Part shown: piece by piece, positions 18,577-31,440 of the stretch
Layout of the letters: every line of letters begins with the position of its first letter
How positions within the stretch are numbered: position 1 is the stretch's first letter
Source of the DNA: an uncultured delta proteobacterium
GTDB lineage: Bacteria > Desulfobacterota > Syntrophia > Syntrophales > UBA2192
NCBI GenBank assembly: GCA_963705165.1
Contig: CAVPJD010000016.1
Coordinates: 34,373-98,372 of the forward strand
DNA length: 64,000 nucleotides
Direction: 5' to 3'
Notes under the pieces: generated by a model
What the model was told of the DNA's origin: nothing
Database searches by the model: none
What the model saw: the letters and a program-made list of their open reading frames with translations, nothing else
Position numbers and translations under genes: made by a program

Positions 18577-19887
18577 TTACCAGGATGAAGTCCTGATCCA
18601 GTCTTCCAGTTGCGAGAGGGCGCGTTTGGCGTAAGCCTCTCCCCGGAATTTCTTTCTCACCTTCCCGCCAAGCGGTTCGAAGAGCCCGAAGTTGACATTC
18701 ATCGGCTGAAAGGACTTCCCCTCGGAACGGGAGACGTGGTGCAGCAGTGCGCCCATGGCCGTCGTGCGCGAAGGGATGGTGAATGGTTGCCCCATGCGGA
18801 TCCTGTGCAGGAACAGGGCGGCAAGCAGGCCCATGGCCGTCGATTCCACGTATCCCTCCACGCCGGTGATCTGGCCGGCAAAGAAGAGATCCGGGTTCGA
18901 TCGAAGCTGCAGGGTGTCCGTCAGCACCGTGGGCGAGTTGATGTAGGTGTTGCGGTGAATGCTCCCGAAGCGCAGAAACTCCGCGCCCTCGAGCCCGGGA
19001 ATCATGCGGAAGATCCGAGCCTGCTCGGGCCAGGCGAGCTTGGTCTGGAACCCCACCATGTTGTACAGGGTCCCCTCGCGGTTTTCCTGTCTCAACTGAA
19101 TCACGGCCCAGGGCTCTCTTCCCGTCCGGGGGTCGGTGAGGCCCACGGGTTTCATGGGGCCGAAGCGCAGCGTGTCCACGCCGCGCCGGGCCATGATCTC
19201 GACGGGAAGGCACCCCTCGAAATACTTTTCGTCCTCGAAGGGTCTGGCGGCGATTTCGCGGCCCTCGAGAACGGCCTGTCGGAACTGTGTGTACTGCTCT
19301 TTGTCGAGGGGGCAGTTCAGGTAGTCCCCCTCGCCCTCGTCGTATCGGGAAGCCCTGAATACCTTCGAAAGATTGATTGTCGCAGCGTCGATGATGGGCG
19401 CGATGGCGTCGTAGAAATACAGGGAATCCTGACCGACGAGACGGGAGATCGCAGCGGCAAGGGGATCCGATGTCAGCGGCCCTGTGGCGATGATGACGTG
19501 TGCCTCCGGGGGGATCTCCGTGCACTCTTCCCGGATGAGATGCAAGCCGCGCCGGGCAAGGAGCATCTCCTCGATCCTGGCGGAGAAAAGCAAGCGGTCA
19601 ACGGCCAGGGCTTTGCCGGCGGGCACTGCCGTGGCATCGGCTGCCGCCATGATGAGGGAGTCGAGCCCGCGCATCTCCTCCTTGAGAAGGCCCACGGCGC
19701 TCGTTCGCTCATTGGATCGCAGCGAGTTGCTGCAGACAAGCTCGGCAAGTTGTGGCGAGCGATGGGCCGGCGAGAGCTTCGCCGGTTTCATCTCCCGAAG
19801 CGTGACCTCGTGGCCGCGCTTGGCGAGCTGCCAGGCTGCCTCACAGCCGGCGAGCCCTCCTCCGATGATGACGATGGGTTTATTCAA
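18577..19887 (-). CDS. trmFO: FADH2-dependent tRNA (uracil-54) methyltransferase
   Basis: TTG start overlapping the topA stop; [47 protein letters not shown]. Confidence 0.95.
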   Translation of the reverse strand: MNKPIVIIGGGLAGCEAAWQLAKRGHEVTLREMKPAKLSPAHRSPQLAELVCSNSLRSNERTSAVGLLKEEMRGLDSLIMAAADATAVPAGKALAVDRLLFSARIEEMLLARRGLHLIREECTEIPPEAHVIIATGPLTSDPLAAAISRLVGQDSLYFYDAIAPIIDAATINLSKVFRASRYDEGEGDYLNCPLDKEQYTQFRQAVLEGREIAARPFEDEKYFEGCLPVEIMARRGVDTLRFGPMKPVGLTDPRTGREPWAVIQLRQENREGTLYNMVGFQTKLAWPEQARIFRMIPGLEGAEFLRFGSIHRNTYINSPTVLTDTLQLRSNPDLFFAGQITGVEGYVESTAMGLLAALFLHRIRMGQPFTIPSRTTAMGALLHHVSRSEGKSFQPMNVNFGLFEPLGGKVRKKFRGEAYAKRALSQLEDWIRTSSW

Positions 19888-22124
19888 GAAAGGGCTTCCT
19901 TGAACGTGCAGCCTTCTTTCGGGCAGGCCTTCGTGCGGCCCGTCTTGCGGTTGTACTTCTCCACGAGGAACTTCGAGCCGCACTGCGGGCATTCTTCGGC
20001 GATCGGCCGGTCCCAGATGGCGTATTTGCACGAGGGGTACTTGGAGCATCCGTAAAAGGACTTTCCCTTCTTGGTCCGCTTCTCCGCGATGCTTCCCTTG
20101 CAGCCCTCTTCGGGGCAGGCAACACCGGTCGAGAGGGGCATCGTGCTCTTGCATTCCGGGTATCCCGAGCAGCCGAGGAACTTCCCGAAGCGGCCTTCCT
20201 TGAGGTTCATGGGCTTGCCGCATTTCTCGCAGGCGATGTCCAGGGGCTTCGCCTCGGCCTGGCCGGTTACGCCCCCGTTGCCGTTCAAGTTCTGTGTGTT
20301 CTTGCAGTCGGGGTATTTCGTGCAGGCCATAAAGCGCCCGTTGCGGCCCCACCGGATCACCATGGGGGCCCCGCACTTGTCGCAGACCTCGTCGGTGGGT
20401 TCGAATTCCTTCTTGATGTTGCGCATCTTCTTGGCGGCGTTTTTCAGATCTTTTTCAAAGGGGGTGTAGAACTCCTTCAAGGTGTCGATGCGGTTGAGCT
20501 TTCCCTCCTCGATGCGGTCGAGCTGGTTTTCCATGGCAGCCGTGAACTCCACGTCCATGATCTTGGCAAAGTTCTGCACCAGCAGCTCGTTGACCAGGAT
20601 CCCGAGATCGGTGGGGTGGATGCGCGCCTGCTCGAGCTTCACGTATTTGCGCTCCTGGATGGTGCTCAGGATGGCGGCGTAGGTGCTGGGCCTCCCGATG
20701 CCGTTTTCCTCGAGCTCCCGGATCAGCATGGCCTCGGTGAAGCGAGGCGGGGGCTGGGTGAAGTGCTGGTCGGGCTTGAGTTCCAGCAGTTTCAGGACTT
20801 CCTTTTCAGTGAGCTTCGGGAGGTTTTTCCCGTTGCCGTTTTCGTCGTCCGTGTCCTTCCCCTCGGTGTAGAGTATCGTGAAGCCCGCAAACTTCAGGAC
20901 GGTGCCGCGGACCTGGAAAAGGCAGTCGGCGGCCGTGATGTCCACGATCGTCTGGTCGAAGACGGCAGGGTTCATCTGGCTTGCCACGAATCGGTTCCAG
21001 ATGAGCTGGTAGAGACGGAACTCTTCGCTCGAGAGGTATTGCTTGATCTCGAGGGGCCGGTAGGCCAGCGATGAGGGCCGGATGGCCTCGTGGGCATCCT
21101 GGGCCTTGTCGGAGGTGGCGTAGACTTTCGCCTTGGCCGGCAGGAACTCCTTGCCGTAGACGTCCTGGATGAACGTCCGGGCCTCCGTGAGGGCCTCGCC
21201 GGTGACCCGGACGGAGTCGGTCCTCATGTAGGTGATGAGCCCCACGGGGCCTTCCTTCCCGAGCTCGATTCCCTCGTAGAGCTTCTGGGCGAACATCATG
21301 GTCTTCTTGGGCGAGAAGTGGAGCCAGCGCGAGGCTTCCTGCTGGAGCTTGCTCGTCGTGAAGGGGGGCAGCGGGTTTCGCTTCGTCTCCTTGCTCTCGA
21401 TGCCGCTTACCGTGAACGGGGATGTCCGGAGAGACTCGACGATTCCCTTTGCCTGGGTGTCGTTTCCGACCTTGGCCTTCTTTCCCCCGATCTTTACGAG
21501 TTTGGCCTCGAAGGGCGGCGGGTTGGCGCCTTCGAGCGCCGCCGTGATGGTCCAGTATTCCTCGGACTTGAAGTTGAGGATCTCCTGCTCGCGCTCGCAG
21601 ACGATCCGCACCGCGACGGACTGGACGCGGCCTGCGGAGAGCCCGTACTGAACTTTGTTCCAGAGGATGGGGCTGATCTGATAGCCCACGAGACGGTCGA
21701 GGATGCGCCGGGTCTGCTGGGCTTCGTAGCGGTTTCGGTCCAGGGGCAGGGGATTCTTGAGAGCCGCAAGGATCGTGTTCTTCGTCAGGTCGTTGAAGAG
21801 CACGCGGTAGATCTGCTTGCCTTTTGTTCCGATCTCGTCGGCGATGTGCCAGGCGATGGCTTCGCCCTCGCGGTCGGGGTCCGGGGCGAGATAGATCACG
21901 TCAGCCGTTTTGGCGGCTTTCTTCAGTTCGGCGATGACCTTTTTCTTGGCCTCGAGGACCTCATAGGTGGGGCTGAAGTCATGCTCGATATCGATCCCGA
22001 GGGCGCTCCCGGGAAGGTCCTTCACGTGTCCTACCGAGGCCCGGACATCGAACTCCGAGCCGAGATATTTCTTGATCGTTTTCACCTTTGTGGGCGACTC
22101 GACGATGATCAGTGAATTCGGCAT
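19884..22124 (-). CDS. topA: DNA topoisomerase I with C-terminal zinc ribbons
   Basis: [37 protein letters not shown]; Cys-rich C-terminal repeats. Confidence 0.97.
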   Translation of the reverse strand: MPNSLIIVESPTKVKTIKKYLGSEFDVRASVGHVKDLPGSALGIDIEHDFSPTYEVLEAKKKVIAELKKAAKTADVIYLAPDPDREGEAIAWHIADEIGTKGKQIYRVLFNDLTKNTILAALKNPLPLDRNRYEAQQTRRILDRLVGYQISPILWNKVQYGLSAGRVQSVAVRIVCEREQEILNFKSEEYWTITAALEGANPPPFEAKLVKIGGKKAKVGNDTQAKGIVESLRTSPFTVSGIESKETKRNPLPPFTTSKLQQEASRWLHFSPKKTMMFAQKLYEGIELGKEGPVGLITYMRTDSVRVTGEALTEARTFIQDVYGKEFLPAKAKVYATSDKAQDAHEAIRPSSLAYRPLEIKQYLSSEEFRLYQLIWNRFVASQMNPAVFDQTIVDITAADCLFQVRGTVLKFAGFTILYTEGKDTDDENGNGKNLPKLTEKEVLKLLELKPDQHFTQPPPRFTEAMLIRELEENGIGRPSTYAAILSTIQERKYVKLEQARIHPTDLGILVNELLVQNFAKIMDVEFTAAMENQLDRIEEGKLNRIDTLKEFYTPFEKDLKNAAKKMRNIKKEFEPTDEVCDKCGAPMVIRWGRNGRFMACTKYPDCKNTQNLNGNGGVTGQAEAKPLDIACEKCGKPMNLKEGRFGKFLGCSGYPECKSTMPLSTGVACPEEGCKGSIAEKRTKKGKSFYGCSKYPSCKYAIWDRPIAEECPQCGSKFLVEKYNRKTGRTKACPKEGCTFKEALS

Positions 22125-23272
22125 CAATACTCCTTCAATTTGAATAACTTTCCCGGAAGCTGCAGGACATGGCCCTTGAGTTCCAGGGACAGCAATACCG
22201 CCAGGACTTCGGCTGCCGCCAGGCCCGAGCGGTTGATGATGGTATCGACATCCAGCGGCTTTTCTGTAATGAAACCCAGAAGCCGCGATTCTTTTTCCGT
22301 CAGGGCTTCGCGCCCGGAGGCTGGAGGGGCCTGGGCCGCCGGCATGGAACCGGGGCCTGACTTTTCCCGCTGCGGCACTGCGGGCCGATGTTCCAACTGA
22401 GGGAGGATCTCCTCGAGGATGTCCTCCACGCGCTCCACGAGCTTGGCACCCTGCCTGAGCAGACTGTTTGTCCCCCGGGAGCCCGGCAGATCGATGCTCC
22501 CCGGCACGGCAAAGACTTCGCGCCCCTGCTCGAGGGCGCACCGGGCCGTGATGAGAGAGCCGCTCTTTTCGCCCGCCTCGACGATGAGCACCCCCAGCGA
22601 CATGCCGCTGATGATGCGGTTGCGGGCGGGGAAGTGCGGCCGGTCGGGCTCCGTGCCGAAGGGAAATTCCGTCACGACGGCGCCGTTTGAGATGATCTCT
22701 CCGTGCAGCTTCCTGTTATCCAGAGGATAGATCACGTCGATGCCGCATCCCATGACGGCGATCGTCCGGCCGCTGCCGGCCAGCGCCCCGCGGTGGGCAC
22801 AGGTATCGATCCCGCGGGCAAGCCCGCTGACAACGGTCACCCCCCGGTGTGCCAGTTCCCGACAGAGCCGCTCCGTGACAAAACGGCCGTAGGGGCTCGC
22901 GTTTCGGGACCCGACGACGGCAACGGGGATGTCTTCCGGTGTGAGCGTTCCTTTTATATAGAGAAGCGGGGGATAGTCGTAGATCCTCCGCAGCCGCTCC
23001 GGGTAAGCCGGATCCTTCACCGTGACAATCGACACGCCCTCGCGCGCAGCCCTGTCGATATCGGCTTGGGCCCTCTGCAAGCCCCGAAAGTCCTTGATGT
23101 TGCGGGCCGTCTTGTGGTTTAATCCCGCCGTTTGTTCCAGTTGGGGCAGGGTGGCCTCGAAGACGCGTTCCGGCGAGCCGAAAGCCGCCAGAAGGTTCCG
23201 GTACGCGACGTTACCGACCCCCTCAACGGACTTGAGGGCAACCCAGGTTGTCAGATCGTCCTTGCTTGCCAC
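22124..23272 (-). CDS. dprA: DNA-processing protein DprA
   Basis: AVVGSR, SGLARGID, FPARNRIISG, EAGEKSGSLITA; dprA-topA-trmFO synteny. Confidence 0.95.
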   Translation of the reverse strand: MASKDDLTTWVALKSVEGVGNVAYRNLLAAFGSPERVFEATLPQLEQTAGLNHKTARNIKDFRGLQRAQADIDRAAREGVSIVTVKDPAYPERLRRIYDYPPLLYIKGTLTPEDIPVAVVGSRNASPYGRFVTERLCRELAHRGVTVVSGLARGIDTCAHRGALAGSGRTIAVMGCGIDVIYPLDNRKLHGEIISNGAVVTEFPFGTEPDRPHFPARNRIISGMSLGVLIVEAGEKSGSLITARCALEQGREVFAVPGSIDLPGSRGTNSLLRQGAKLVERVEDILEEILPQLEHRPAVPQREKSGPGSMPAAQAPPASGREALTEKESRLLGFITEKPLDVDTIINRSGLAAAEVLAVLLSLELKGHVLQLPGKLFKLKEY

Positions 23273-23465
23273 GGAACAACGTGACCTCGGCTTCTAATGT
23301 GCGGGCGGCAGTGCGGGGCAGGGGCAGGATCGCCCGACACCCTCATGGAGGCCTCGATATAAAAATATCAAAGGATGCCTTCTATACTCCGGGGGCCCGC
23401 CTGTCAAGCTTTTTTGAGACGGCCGATGCACGACCCTCAACGGGCGGCGAGATGGGGAGGCTGTG

Positions 23466-25138
23466 ATGAAGCGGATTTCGAGTATCAGGACTGCCGGTTT
23501 CCTCGGCCTTCTTGGCCTTCTTGTTCTGGCGTCCCATGGGACCCTGGAGACGGCGTCGGCCCGGGACAATCGTCCTGCCGCACCTGCCCTGTCGGTGTCG
23601 ACCCGCGAGATCGACCTGGGTGTCATCGGGCCCGGCGAGAGCGCACGGGCCCAGTTTCAGATCACAAACACGGGAGAGGGACGGATCCGGTGGGCCATCG
23701 AGGAGCCCCCTGGCTGGGAGTCCTCGACGGGCGGGGGGCTTACGGGGGAATGCGGGGCCACGCCTTCGCGGGTCGATGTCGTGCTGAGCTTTCTCAAAGT
23801 ACGGACGGAGGCGGGCGATCACCCGGTGGAGATCCGGATCGCATCCGGAAGAAACTCCCTGGTGCTTAGGCGAACACTTGCCGAAGGGACCTGGCGCGAG
23901 GCGCTGCGGATCGAATCCGACGAGGGCGGACGGACCCTGTTTCTCAAGTTCGGCCTGGCCGATGCGAAGTCCCGGCCCGCACTCGAGGTGGAGCCGCGGG
24001 GCATCGACCTGGGGGACACGGAACCCGTCAAGGAACTCACCCGACGGATCCGCATCTCGAATGCAGGGGCAGGTGTGCTGCGGTGGCAGGTCTCCACGTC
24101 GGCAGGCGGGCAGGCTCGCGTCACGGCGGGAACCGGACGGGGAAGATACCTGTCCCTGCTCAACGAGGCACTGGCCTCAGGGGGGCCGTACACGGCACCG
24201 CCTCACCTGAAGGATGCGCTGCAGGCGTCAGGAAACTGGGTCGTCGAGAAGGGCTATCCGAAAGCGGCGGGGCCGGGTTGCACGATGAAACTCCAGATCC
24301 AGGGGACCGGGGCCGTCCTGTATGGAAAGAGGGCATCCGAAGCGGCCCTGGTCCGTGTGTCCGCCGATGAGCAGCCCTGCCAGGGAAATGTCGCTGCTGG
24401 AGCTCGAGGGGAGACCGCTTCGAAGGGAGTCGTCATCGGAGGATCTGCCCGAAGGGCCCGCACAGTATTCAGATCCAGGTGGGGGAGGGCGCCGTCATCC
24501 TCGAAGGGATATTCGTGAGCGACACGAGGGCCAATCTGCCTCCATCGGCATGGGCCCGGCTGACGCCCCTTTCGGGCACCACCACCCGGGAGACGGATTT
24601 TGTCACGATCCGGATGAATCTCTCGGAGCTCAAGGCCGGCATCTACACGGACCATATCACGGTTACCTCGAATGGCGGTACGGCCCGCATCCCCGTATCC
24701 CTGAACGTAACGGGGGATCCCGTGCCGAAGATCCAGAACGTCTACCGGTATACCCGGGGGTCCGATCAGCTCTTCACAGCTCAGCCCGAGAAGGAGGATG
24801 CGCGTTATCTCGGCGCCTACCAGCGTGCGGGGCTTGCCTTCAGGCTCTACAGCCCGGGGACGGCGGGCACCGTCGATCTGTACCGGTGGTACAACCCCTC
24901 CATCGGAGATCATTACTACGCCGCGGAGCGAAGCGGGGGCCGCAAGAATCTTGCCGGTTACCTCTTCGAAGGACCCATCGGCAACATCGCCACGATCCGC
25001 CTGCCCGGCACGAGGGAGCTCTACCGTTGGTTCAACCCGTCGACAAACCAGCATTTCTTCACGACGGACGCCGCCGGCGAGGGCCAGGGAAAAAGGGGTT
25101 ACCGCTTCGAGGGGATCGTGGGATTCGTCCTGCGATGA
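23466..25138 (+). CDS. Secreted protein with Ig-like/BACON-type domains and a C-terminal DUF5648-like repeat domain; cluster of indels at 24375-24457
   Basis: Signal peptide; two L.V....IDLG...I.N.G.G...W modules; C-terminal LYRWYNPS..DHYY / LYRWFNPS..QHFFT repeats; frames join after removing about 5 homopolymer bases. Confidence 0.6.
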
Positions 25139-25166
25139 CAGGGTGAAAATATTTGTGAATTGCTGC

Positions 25167-25195
25167 TTGACAAAATCTTTCAAAGCGTTTAATAA
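25167..25195 (+). promoter_or_regulatory. Putative sigma-70 promoter of the tRNA operon
   Basis: Perfect TTGACA, 17 bp, TAATAA, shortly upstream of the first tRNA. Confidence 0.55.
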
Positions 25196-25222
25196 ATCCT
25201 CTTTGCAATTGGAATCTCACGT

Positions 25223-25299
<77 letters not shown>

Positions 25300-25308
25300 G
25301 AACCAGAT

Positions 25309-25386
25309 GGTGGGTGTAGCTCAAGTGGTTAGAGTGTCGGGTTGTGGCCCCGAAGGTTGAGGGTTCAAGTCCCTCCACTCACCCCA
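25309..25386 (+). tRNA. tRNA-His(GTG)
   Basis: G-1, acceptor GTGGGTG/CACTCAC, C73, anticodon arm TCGGG-TTGTGGC-CCCGA, CCA. Confidence 0.95.
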
Positions 25387-25408
25387 GAAATATAACGGGC
25401 AACAAAAT

Positions 25409-25485
25409 GCGCCCGTAGCTCAGTTGGATAGAGTCGCAGACTTCGAATCTGTTGGTCGCACGTTCAAGTCGTGCCGGGCGCGCCA
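25409..25485 (+). tRNA. tRNA-Arg(TCG)
   Basis: Acceptor GCGCCCG/CGGGCGC, anticodon arm GCAGA-CTTCGAA-TCTGT, CCA. Confidence 0.95.
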
Positions 25486-25508
25486 TAAATCGAAAAACTA
25501 AATATCTT

Positions 25509-25584
<76 letters not shown>

Positions 25585-25592
25585 AGACAGCA

Positions 25593-25624
25593 AGAGGGTT
25601 TCGGGGTTTTCCCTGAAACCCTCT
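25593..25624. terminator. Hairpin between the tRNA operon and convergent tamB
   Basis: AGAGGGTTTCGGG...CCTGAAACCCTCT inverted repeat; weak U-tracts. Confidence 0.55.
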
Positions 25625-25668
25625 ATCTGTTTCTTGTGGATTTTATCCCCACTCCTGTTTTCGTATCA

Positions 25669-28600
25669 TCAGTCAAACTCGATCCTGTAGTAGAGGTTTG
25701 CGCCTGTCTGTGTTCCTGCCTTGCTCTCCACCTCCCAACTCTTGGAAAGAGTGTATCTCAGGGTAACGTAATATTCATCGCTGAAAAGGGAACGGCCATA
25801 GCTAACGTACAGCTTGGGTTGCAGATACTTACCCACCGTAACAATCGACTGGGTCGTGCCCCCTGCGGTTGTGGATTTCATGTCGATCGTGTCCGGGCCG
25901 AATTGACGTTTCAGCTGGCTCAAGGTCGATTCGGAGCCGCCCCCCGAGAGAAGGGCCTCTGCAGTCGCCGCAAGCAACGCTGACGTTGATGCATCACCAC
26001 CACTCGCGGGTTGACCCAGCACGATGTAGCTCAGGATATCGGCGTCGGGCATGGACGGCTCTGAATAGAGTCTCACGATGGGCGCAAGCGGGGTTCCCGT
26101 GACGACAACCCCCGCCCTCACTTCCCTGAACTTACCCAGGGTCTGCCCCGCCCGGTCCGTCCTTTCCTCGATGGTGCGCAGGGCCAGCACGTCGAGGTTC
26201 GGCTGGCCCGCCGGTCCGCCGTCAAATACAACACGCCCCCGGGTAATGTTCAGCCGCGCGCCTCTCGTTGTGTACATCCCATCCTTGAGGCGGATCTCCC
26301 CTTTTGCCTTGATGGCATCAAGGGAGGCGGCAGTGAGCAGCACGTCTCCTTCCAGGCGCGCATCGAGGCCCTCGGCCTTGATGAAGGCACGATCCCCCAG
26401 GATGACCCGGACCTCCGCATCAACAGGAAAAGCACGGTCGCCTTTGGGGGCGCGGCTCCCGTCTACCTTCACCACATCCTTGCTGGGTCTCGCCACTGCC
26501 TTCGTCTCGGGCTCCCCTGATGAGCAGCTCCGGTATCGTGATGCTGCCGCGGACCTGAAGGTTTTTCGGCGCGCCCTTGAAGGTAAGGCTTGGGGTTGCC
26601 AGCATCTCCATTTCGGGCAGCCGCACAACCTGGAATCTCTCGCCTGAGAGATTCATGTCGATTCGATCGATACCCCGGTCCTTGAGCCACACGGTACCGG
26701 TTCCCTCGAGCCGTCCGGGGCCGGAGCGCGCCCCAAACGATGTAATGCGCACGGTCTGGTCCTCGAATTGAGCGTCCATGGTCACATCGCTCAATTGAAT
26801 ACCCGTGGAGGGCAGATAGGCGCCTGCCTGATCGACTCTCAGGGTGCCGTGAATTTTTGGCGCACTCCACGTTCCGTCAGCAGAGCCGTTAAGAGCGAGC
26901 CGTCCCCGGCTTTCCTGTATCAGTCCCGGAAAGAGGGCGCTCAAGAGCCCCTTCTCCCGCATATCGGCACGAGCGGCGAGCTGCACAGGCCCTTCCGCGT
27001 CCAGAACAAAAGGAATGCCAGCTTCGACGGGAAGGCGAAACTCGGCCTTGAGAGAGCCGTGGTTGGTGAGCAGGAGATCGAGATCGCCGCTCAGCGTCTT
27101 TTCCCGCCATGTCCAGCGGAGCTGCGCTTTTTCCGCCTGTGCCGTGACGATGCCCTTTTTGTCCTGCAGGGAAAAGGCGCCCTGCGAAAGCCTCAACTCA
27201 CCGGAGGCGTCCAGGCGCAAACCGGGCAACAGTCTACCCGCAGCCGTGCATGACACGGCTCCCGTCATGGAAAGAGGTTGAGGGAGCCACGGCTGGATGA
27301 CGGCTGCCTCAACATGATCCGCCGAAAAACGGAACTCGCCCCTGTCCGGGAGGCCTGGCCGGGCCGGATCCGGCGACGTCAACCGCGCGTTCAGGCGGCC
27401 CGCGCGGCCGAGGTCCGCCTGGACCAACCCGGTGAGGCCGCCGTTGTTCCATTCGAGCTTTCCCGAAGCATCCTTCACGTCGATGGCAAGCGATCCGCGG
27501 GCAAGGCTTCCCGTAAGCCCCACCTCGGAAGAAACCGTGGTCTTGTTCTTGTCCCGAAAATCCGCCCGGATATGGCCGTCCGTCTGTCCGCTCACCTGCC
27601 AATCCGGTGTGAGGGAGGCGAACCGAGCCAGATTCACCCTCTGCCATCTCGACAGGAGAGCGCCCCGCACCGGGTCGAGAGACAGGTCCATGGAGAACTC
27701 GAGCATCTCCCCTCTCGTGCTGGTGATCCGCGCCGGGCTGACGCTCACCTTTCCCGCAGACAGGTTGAGAGACGCGGGATGTTGGAGACCCCACGAACCC
27801 AGGCTGTCACTCCCTCTCAGGTTCTCCAGGGTTCCTTTCCAGCCCGCTTTTGCATAACCGCCCCGCAGGGTGGCCTCTGCCTTGCCTTCACGCGACTCGA
27901 GCAGGACCTGAACCGTGTGATCCCCTGCCTTTCCCGCAATCTTCCCCTGTGCGGTGCTGATCTGCACGGGCCCATAGATAACCCCTTTCAGGAAGGCGCT
28001 CCCCTCGAGGCCCTGAGTATCCCCTTTTCCAATCTCCGCATCGGCCTCAACGGACGTGATCTGCACGCCAGAAACAAAAAGCCTATTGCCTCGAATGCTC
28101 ATTGCGCCCGCGAGCTGCTCCTTTTCCCAGCGGGCCCACCCGGACGCAGAGAGCCGTCCCGCGCTTCCGGGCATGAGTGTCGAGAGATCAGTGATCTGCA
28201 CCCCCCAGGTCAATCGCTCCTCAAGAGCACCGGATGCTTTCGCCTCAAAACCGGCGCCCTTGAGGGAAAGCCGGTTAATGCGAAGCATCCCGGCCTGCCA
28301 CCGTGCATCGAGAACGCCGGTGAGAGCCCGATCACGGAGACGGCTTTCCAGGAGTTCGCCCTTGACCCTTGCCTCGAGGGATCCTGCCTTCGGCCAATGG
28401 ACGGCTCCCTCTACATTCAGGTTGATCTTGCATGCCAGTTCGGGCTTTATCTGTGCGGGATTGAGATTCCTGGCCTGAAGAAACCCTGTAAATGACACTT
28501 CTTTGTCCCATGATCCCCTGAGCTTCCCCTCCACGGTGCCGTCCAGGAGACGCCCCGTCATGCGGGTCACCTGCACGCCCGCAAGGTTCCCTGAAAATTG

Positions 28601-29626
28601 CCCGGACAGGAGGGCAGACCTCCACGCCTGCCCCTCGTTTTGCATGGTGAATTCTCCCGCGTAGCGGCTGGGGCCGCCCTGGATTTCAAGCGTACCCGTG
28701 AGGGACAAGGGCAGGAGTGCCGGGACGGCATCCCCCTCCGCGAATCGGAACGAAGCGCTGGTAAGGATCTCGGCTGTCGAGACGTCCACCTGACCCTCGG
28801 TGTTCACGAAGGCCCTCCCGCTTCCGTCCTTTACGTGGAGGTTCCGGAACACGACGGCCTTCCGGGTCAGTCCGATCTCGCCTTCCACCTGGGCCTGCAT
28901 GTTCGTACCCGACGAGGCATTCAAAAGTATCTTTCCTGAGACCTGCTCGGGATCTTTTCCGGAGGAGAGATCGGCCGTAAAGGAGAGGGCGTCGCATTTT
29001 GCTACAGGCTTATCCAGCCTGATGGAAAGGTTCGCATGAAGGGAGGGGAATAAAAACCCGGCCTCCACATTGCCTTCTGCCTGCGCGTCCGCCAACCGGA
29101 GCACAAAGTCTTTCAACGTCAAAGTGGACCCGCGGGACCAGATCACCTCACCCCGGCCCTCATGGATCGTTACGGGATCCTTGCCGGTTTTACGATAGGA
29201 CACATCCTCGATGCGAAACTTTCCGATGCTGCCGCTTACAGCCGCGAGCAGGTGCGGGGCCCGGGGCCACTCGAGGTCATAGGGCGGCCCGCTCTCCGGA
29301 CGGTTGTCGACAATCGAGACATGGCGGACGGACATCTCATCGACCGACACCGACCCCGTAAAAAGAGACAGGGGCTGCAGGCGCAAAAGCAGAGTGGCGA
29401 TTCGCGCTTCACCGCTTGGCCATGCCGCGCGCACGCCCTCGAGGGTGAGTTCATTTGCGAGCTGCCCCGTAATACGCTCCGCCTCAACCGTGACCGGCAT
29501 CCAGCGCAAAAGGGTCGTCACGACGAGGCGTGACCCGGACGTGGTGTAAACGAGCCACGCGATCACGACGATCGCCGCGACCAAGAGGGACAAAACCGAG
29601 TATCCTATGATTGCGCGTTTCTTCAA
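25669..29626 (-). CDS. tamB: Translocation and assembly module TamB; apparent frameshift at about 26514-26517
   Basis: N-terminal TM anchor, long beta-rich body, C-terminal DUF490-like region (PNLDVLA, LYSEPSM, LSYIVLG, VGKYL.PKLYVSYG); adjacent to tamA. Confidence 0.85.
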
Positions 29627-31440
29627 AACTGCATCCCTATGGTGAAATGAAACCTGAAACTCGGATCCGATACCCCCAGCTGGCGGGCCAGATCGAGACG
29701 TACGGGCCCCACCGGCGTGTAGTAGCGGACGCCCACGCCTGCACTCTGGGCAAGGTTCAGACTGTCAAAGTTGTCAAAGGCATTTCCCGTATCATAAAAA
29801 ACGGCTGCACCCCAGTTCTGGCCGATGGCCCTTTCCAGTTCGATACTCCCCACCAGCAGGTTCTTTCCTCCTACGACCTCGCCCTGGGCATTTTTCGGCC
29901 CCAACGACTGGTAGGCATACCCCCGGACACTGCTGTCGCCGCCCGTGAAAAACCGAAACGTAACCGGGACATCCAGGATATTGCCATTCATCGACGTCGC
30001 TGCTGCCTGCCCTCTCATCTTGAGAGAAAGCCTGCCCGCAAGGGGAACGAGCACATCTCCGAACCCGAGTAACTGGGCAAAACCTACGTCGGAGCCGAAG
30101 GATTGAGCAGTGCCTCGCGCTTCGAGCTTGTAGTGGAACCCTTGGGTCGGTCGAATCAGATTTTCGTAGCCCTTCTGTGAAAATCGTATGCCCGGCATCA
30201 GGATGAGCGTGTTGGTCGTGGCGCCCGCTGCCGTGGATTCTTCCTTTTGGAGTTGGAGGTAAATCGACCCGAGCCGGTCCCTGCCGATGCCCTTTGTCCT
30301 CTCGATGTCGGCAGAAACCGATCTGGTGGTGTAGCTCACCGTATCTTCGCGCTGGGCGCCCAGGCGAGTACTGGTGAAGCTCCTGAAATCGGTGCTGCCC
30401 GGGAATCTATAGCGCAACGCCAGCCCTTGAAGGCGCTGGCTCAGATTCAGTTCACTTTCCAGCCTCTGCGCGCTGTCCGCCACATTCAAATCCTCGTAGC
30501 GCACGGAGAACCCCGGTCCATAGTCCGTTGTAAACCCCACCCCCACTCTCACAATTTTCTGAGGCGACGGAGTAAGGTCCACGTTGATCGGCACCGAATG
30601 GTTCGTGGCTCCGGCCTTGTCGGGCTGTATGACGACTGACTGAAAACGCTCCGCTGTGGCGAAATTGAGCTGGGTCTGCACGATCCTTTCGTAGGAAAAG
30701 GGATCGCCCGGCTTGAAATCGAGAAACGTTTGAAGGAACGGTCTCGGATAACGTGGCGCTCCGCGAAAGTTCGCCTCTCCGAAGCGATAGGGCTGGCCCG
30801 TCTCGAGAACAAGGTCTATCTCAGCCTTCGACTCGGCCTCGTTGAGGCGAATGGTATGGACTGAAAACTGCGCGTCCAGGTAACCCTGTCCCACTGCCTT
30901 TGACTGAAGCTCGCCTTTTGACCTTTCATAAATATCCTGGCGCAGGACGTCGCCTGTGTGCAGGGGAAAATCCGACACCGCTTTTGTCATCACCGTTTCG
31001 GAGGCACCGGGGCCCTGCACCTGTACCTGCACCTTTGTCAGGCGCACCGGCTCGCCGGGATCCACGCGAACCCCCAATTTATATACCCCTTCCTCAGGAG
31101 CATCCATGCTGACGGCAATCGTGGGCTTGTAGTACCCGAAGGCTTCCAGGGCCTCTTTCACCTTCCCGGGCGCCTGGCTTTCAAAACGCTCCAGCCACAA
31201 CCTGTCCACCTTGCCGTCCTGAATGAGGTTGGGCGGAACGGCCAGGGCAGCCTCGACATTGGCCAGCTCTTTTCCTGAGATTCCCTCAACGACGACCCGT
31301 ACGGACTCCGATGCCGCAACAGCCGGTGCGGGCAGGATGAGGAGGCAGACCGCCAGAAATAAAACGAATCCCGACAGGATTTCTGGTCTGCACCACGGGG
31401 TTGGACAAAATCCGTTAGAGTTTACCAAATATGAAGGCAT
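29623..31440 (-). CDS. tamA: Omp85-family TamA (POTRA domains plus barrel)
   Basis: ALEAFGYY, RFFTGGDSSVRGY, FYDTGNAF, TPVGPVRLDLA, terminal F. Start uncertain. Confidence 0.9.
   Translation of the reverse strand: MPSYLVNSNGFCPTPWCRPEILSGFVLFLAVCLLILPAPAVAASESVRVVVEGISGKELANVEAALAVPPNLIQDGKVDRLWLERFESQAPGKVKEALEAFGYYKPTIAVSMDAPEEGVYKLGVRVDPGEPVRLTKVQVQVQGPGASETVMTKAVSDFPLHTGDVLRQDIYERSKGELQSKAVGQGYLDAQFSVHTIRLNEAESKAEIDLVLETGQPYRFGEANFRGAPRYPRPFLQTFLDFKPGDPFSYERIVQTQLNFATAERFQSVVIQPDKAGATNHSVPINVDLTPSPQKIVRVGVGFTTDYGPGFSVRYEDLNVADSAQRLESELNLSQRLQGLALRYRFPGSTDFRSFTSTRLGAQREDTVSYTTRSVSADIERTKGIGRDRLGSIYLQLQKEESTAAGATTNTLILMPGIRFSQKGYENLIRPTQGFHYKLEARGTAQSFGSDVGFAQLLGFGDVLVPLAGRLSLKMRGQAAATSMNGNILDVPVTFRFFTGGDSSVRGYAYQSLGPKNAQGEVVGGKNLLVGSIELERAIGQNWGAAVFYDTGNAFDNFDSLNLAQSAGVGVRYYTPVGPVRLDLARQLGVSDPSFRFHFTIGMQF

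Noticed and set aside
18577..22541. N-terminal extensions of trmFO (to 20376) and topA (to 22541)
   Set aside because: They overlap upstream genes in other frames; conserved N-termini start at 19887 and 22124.
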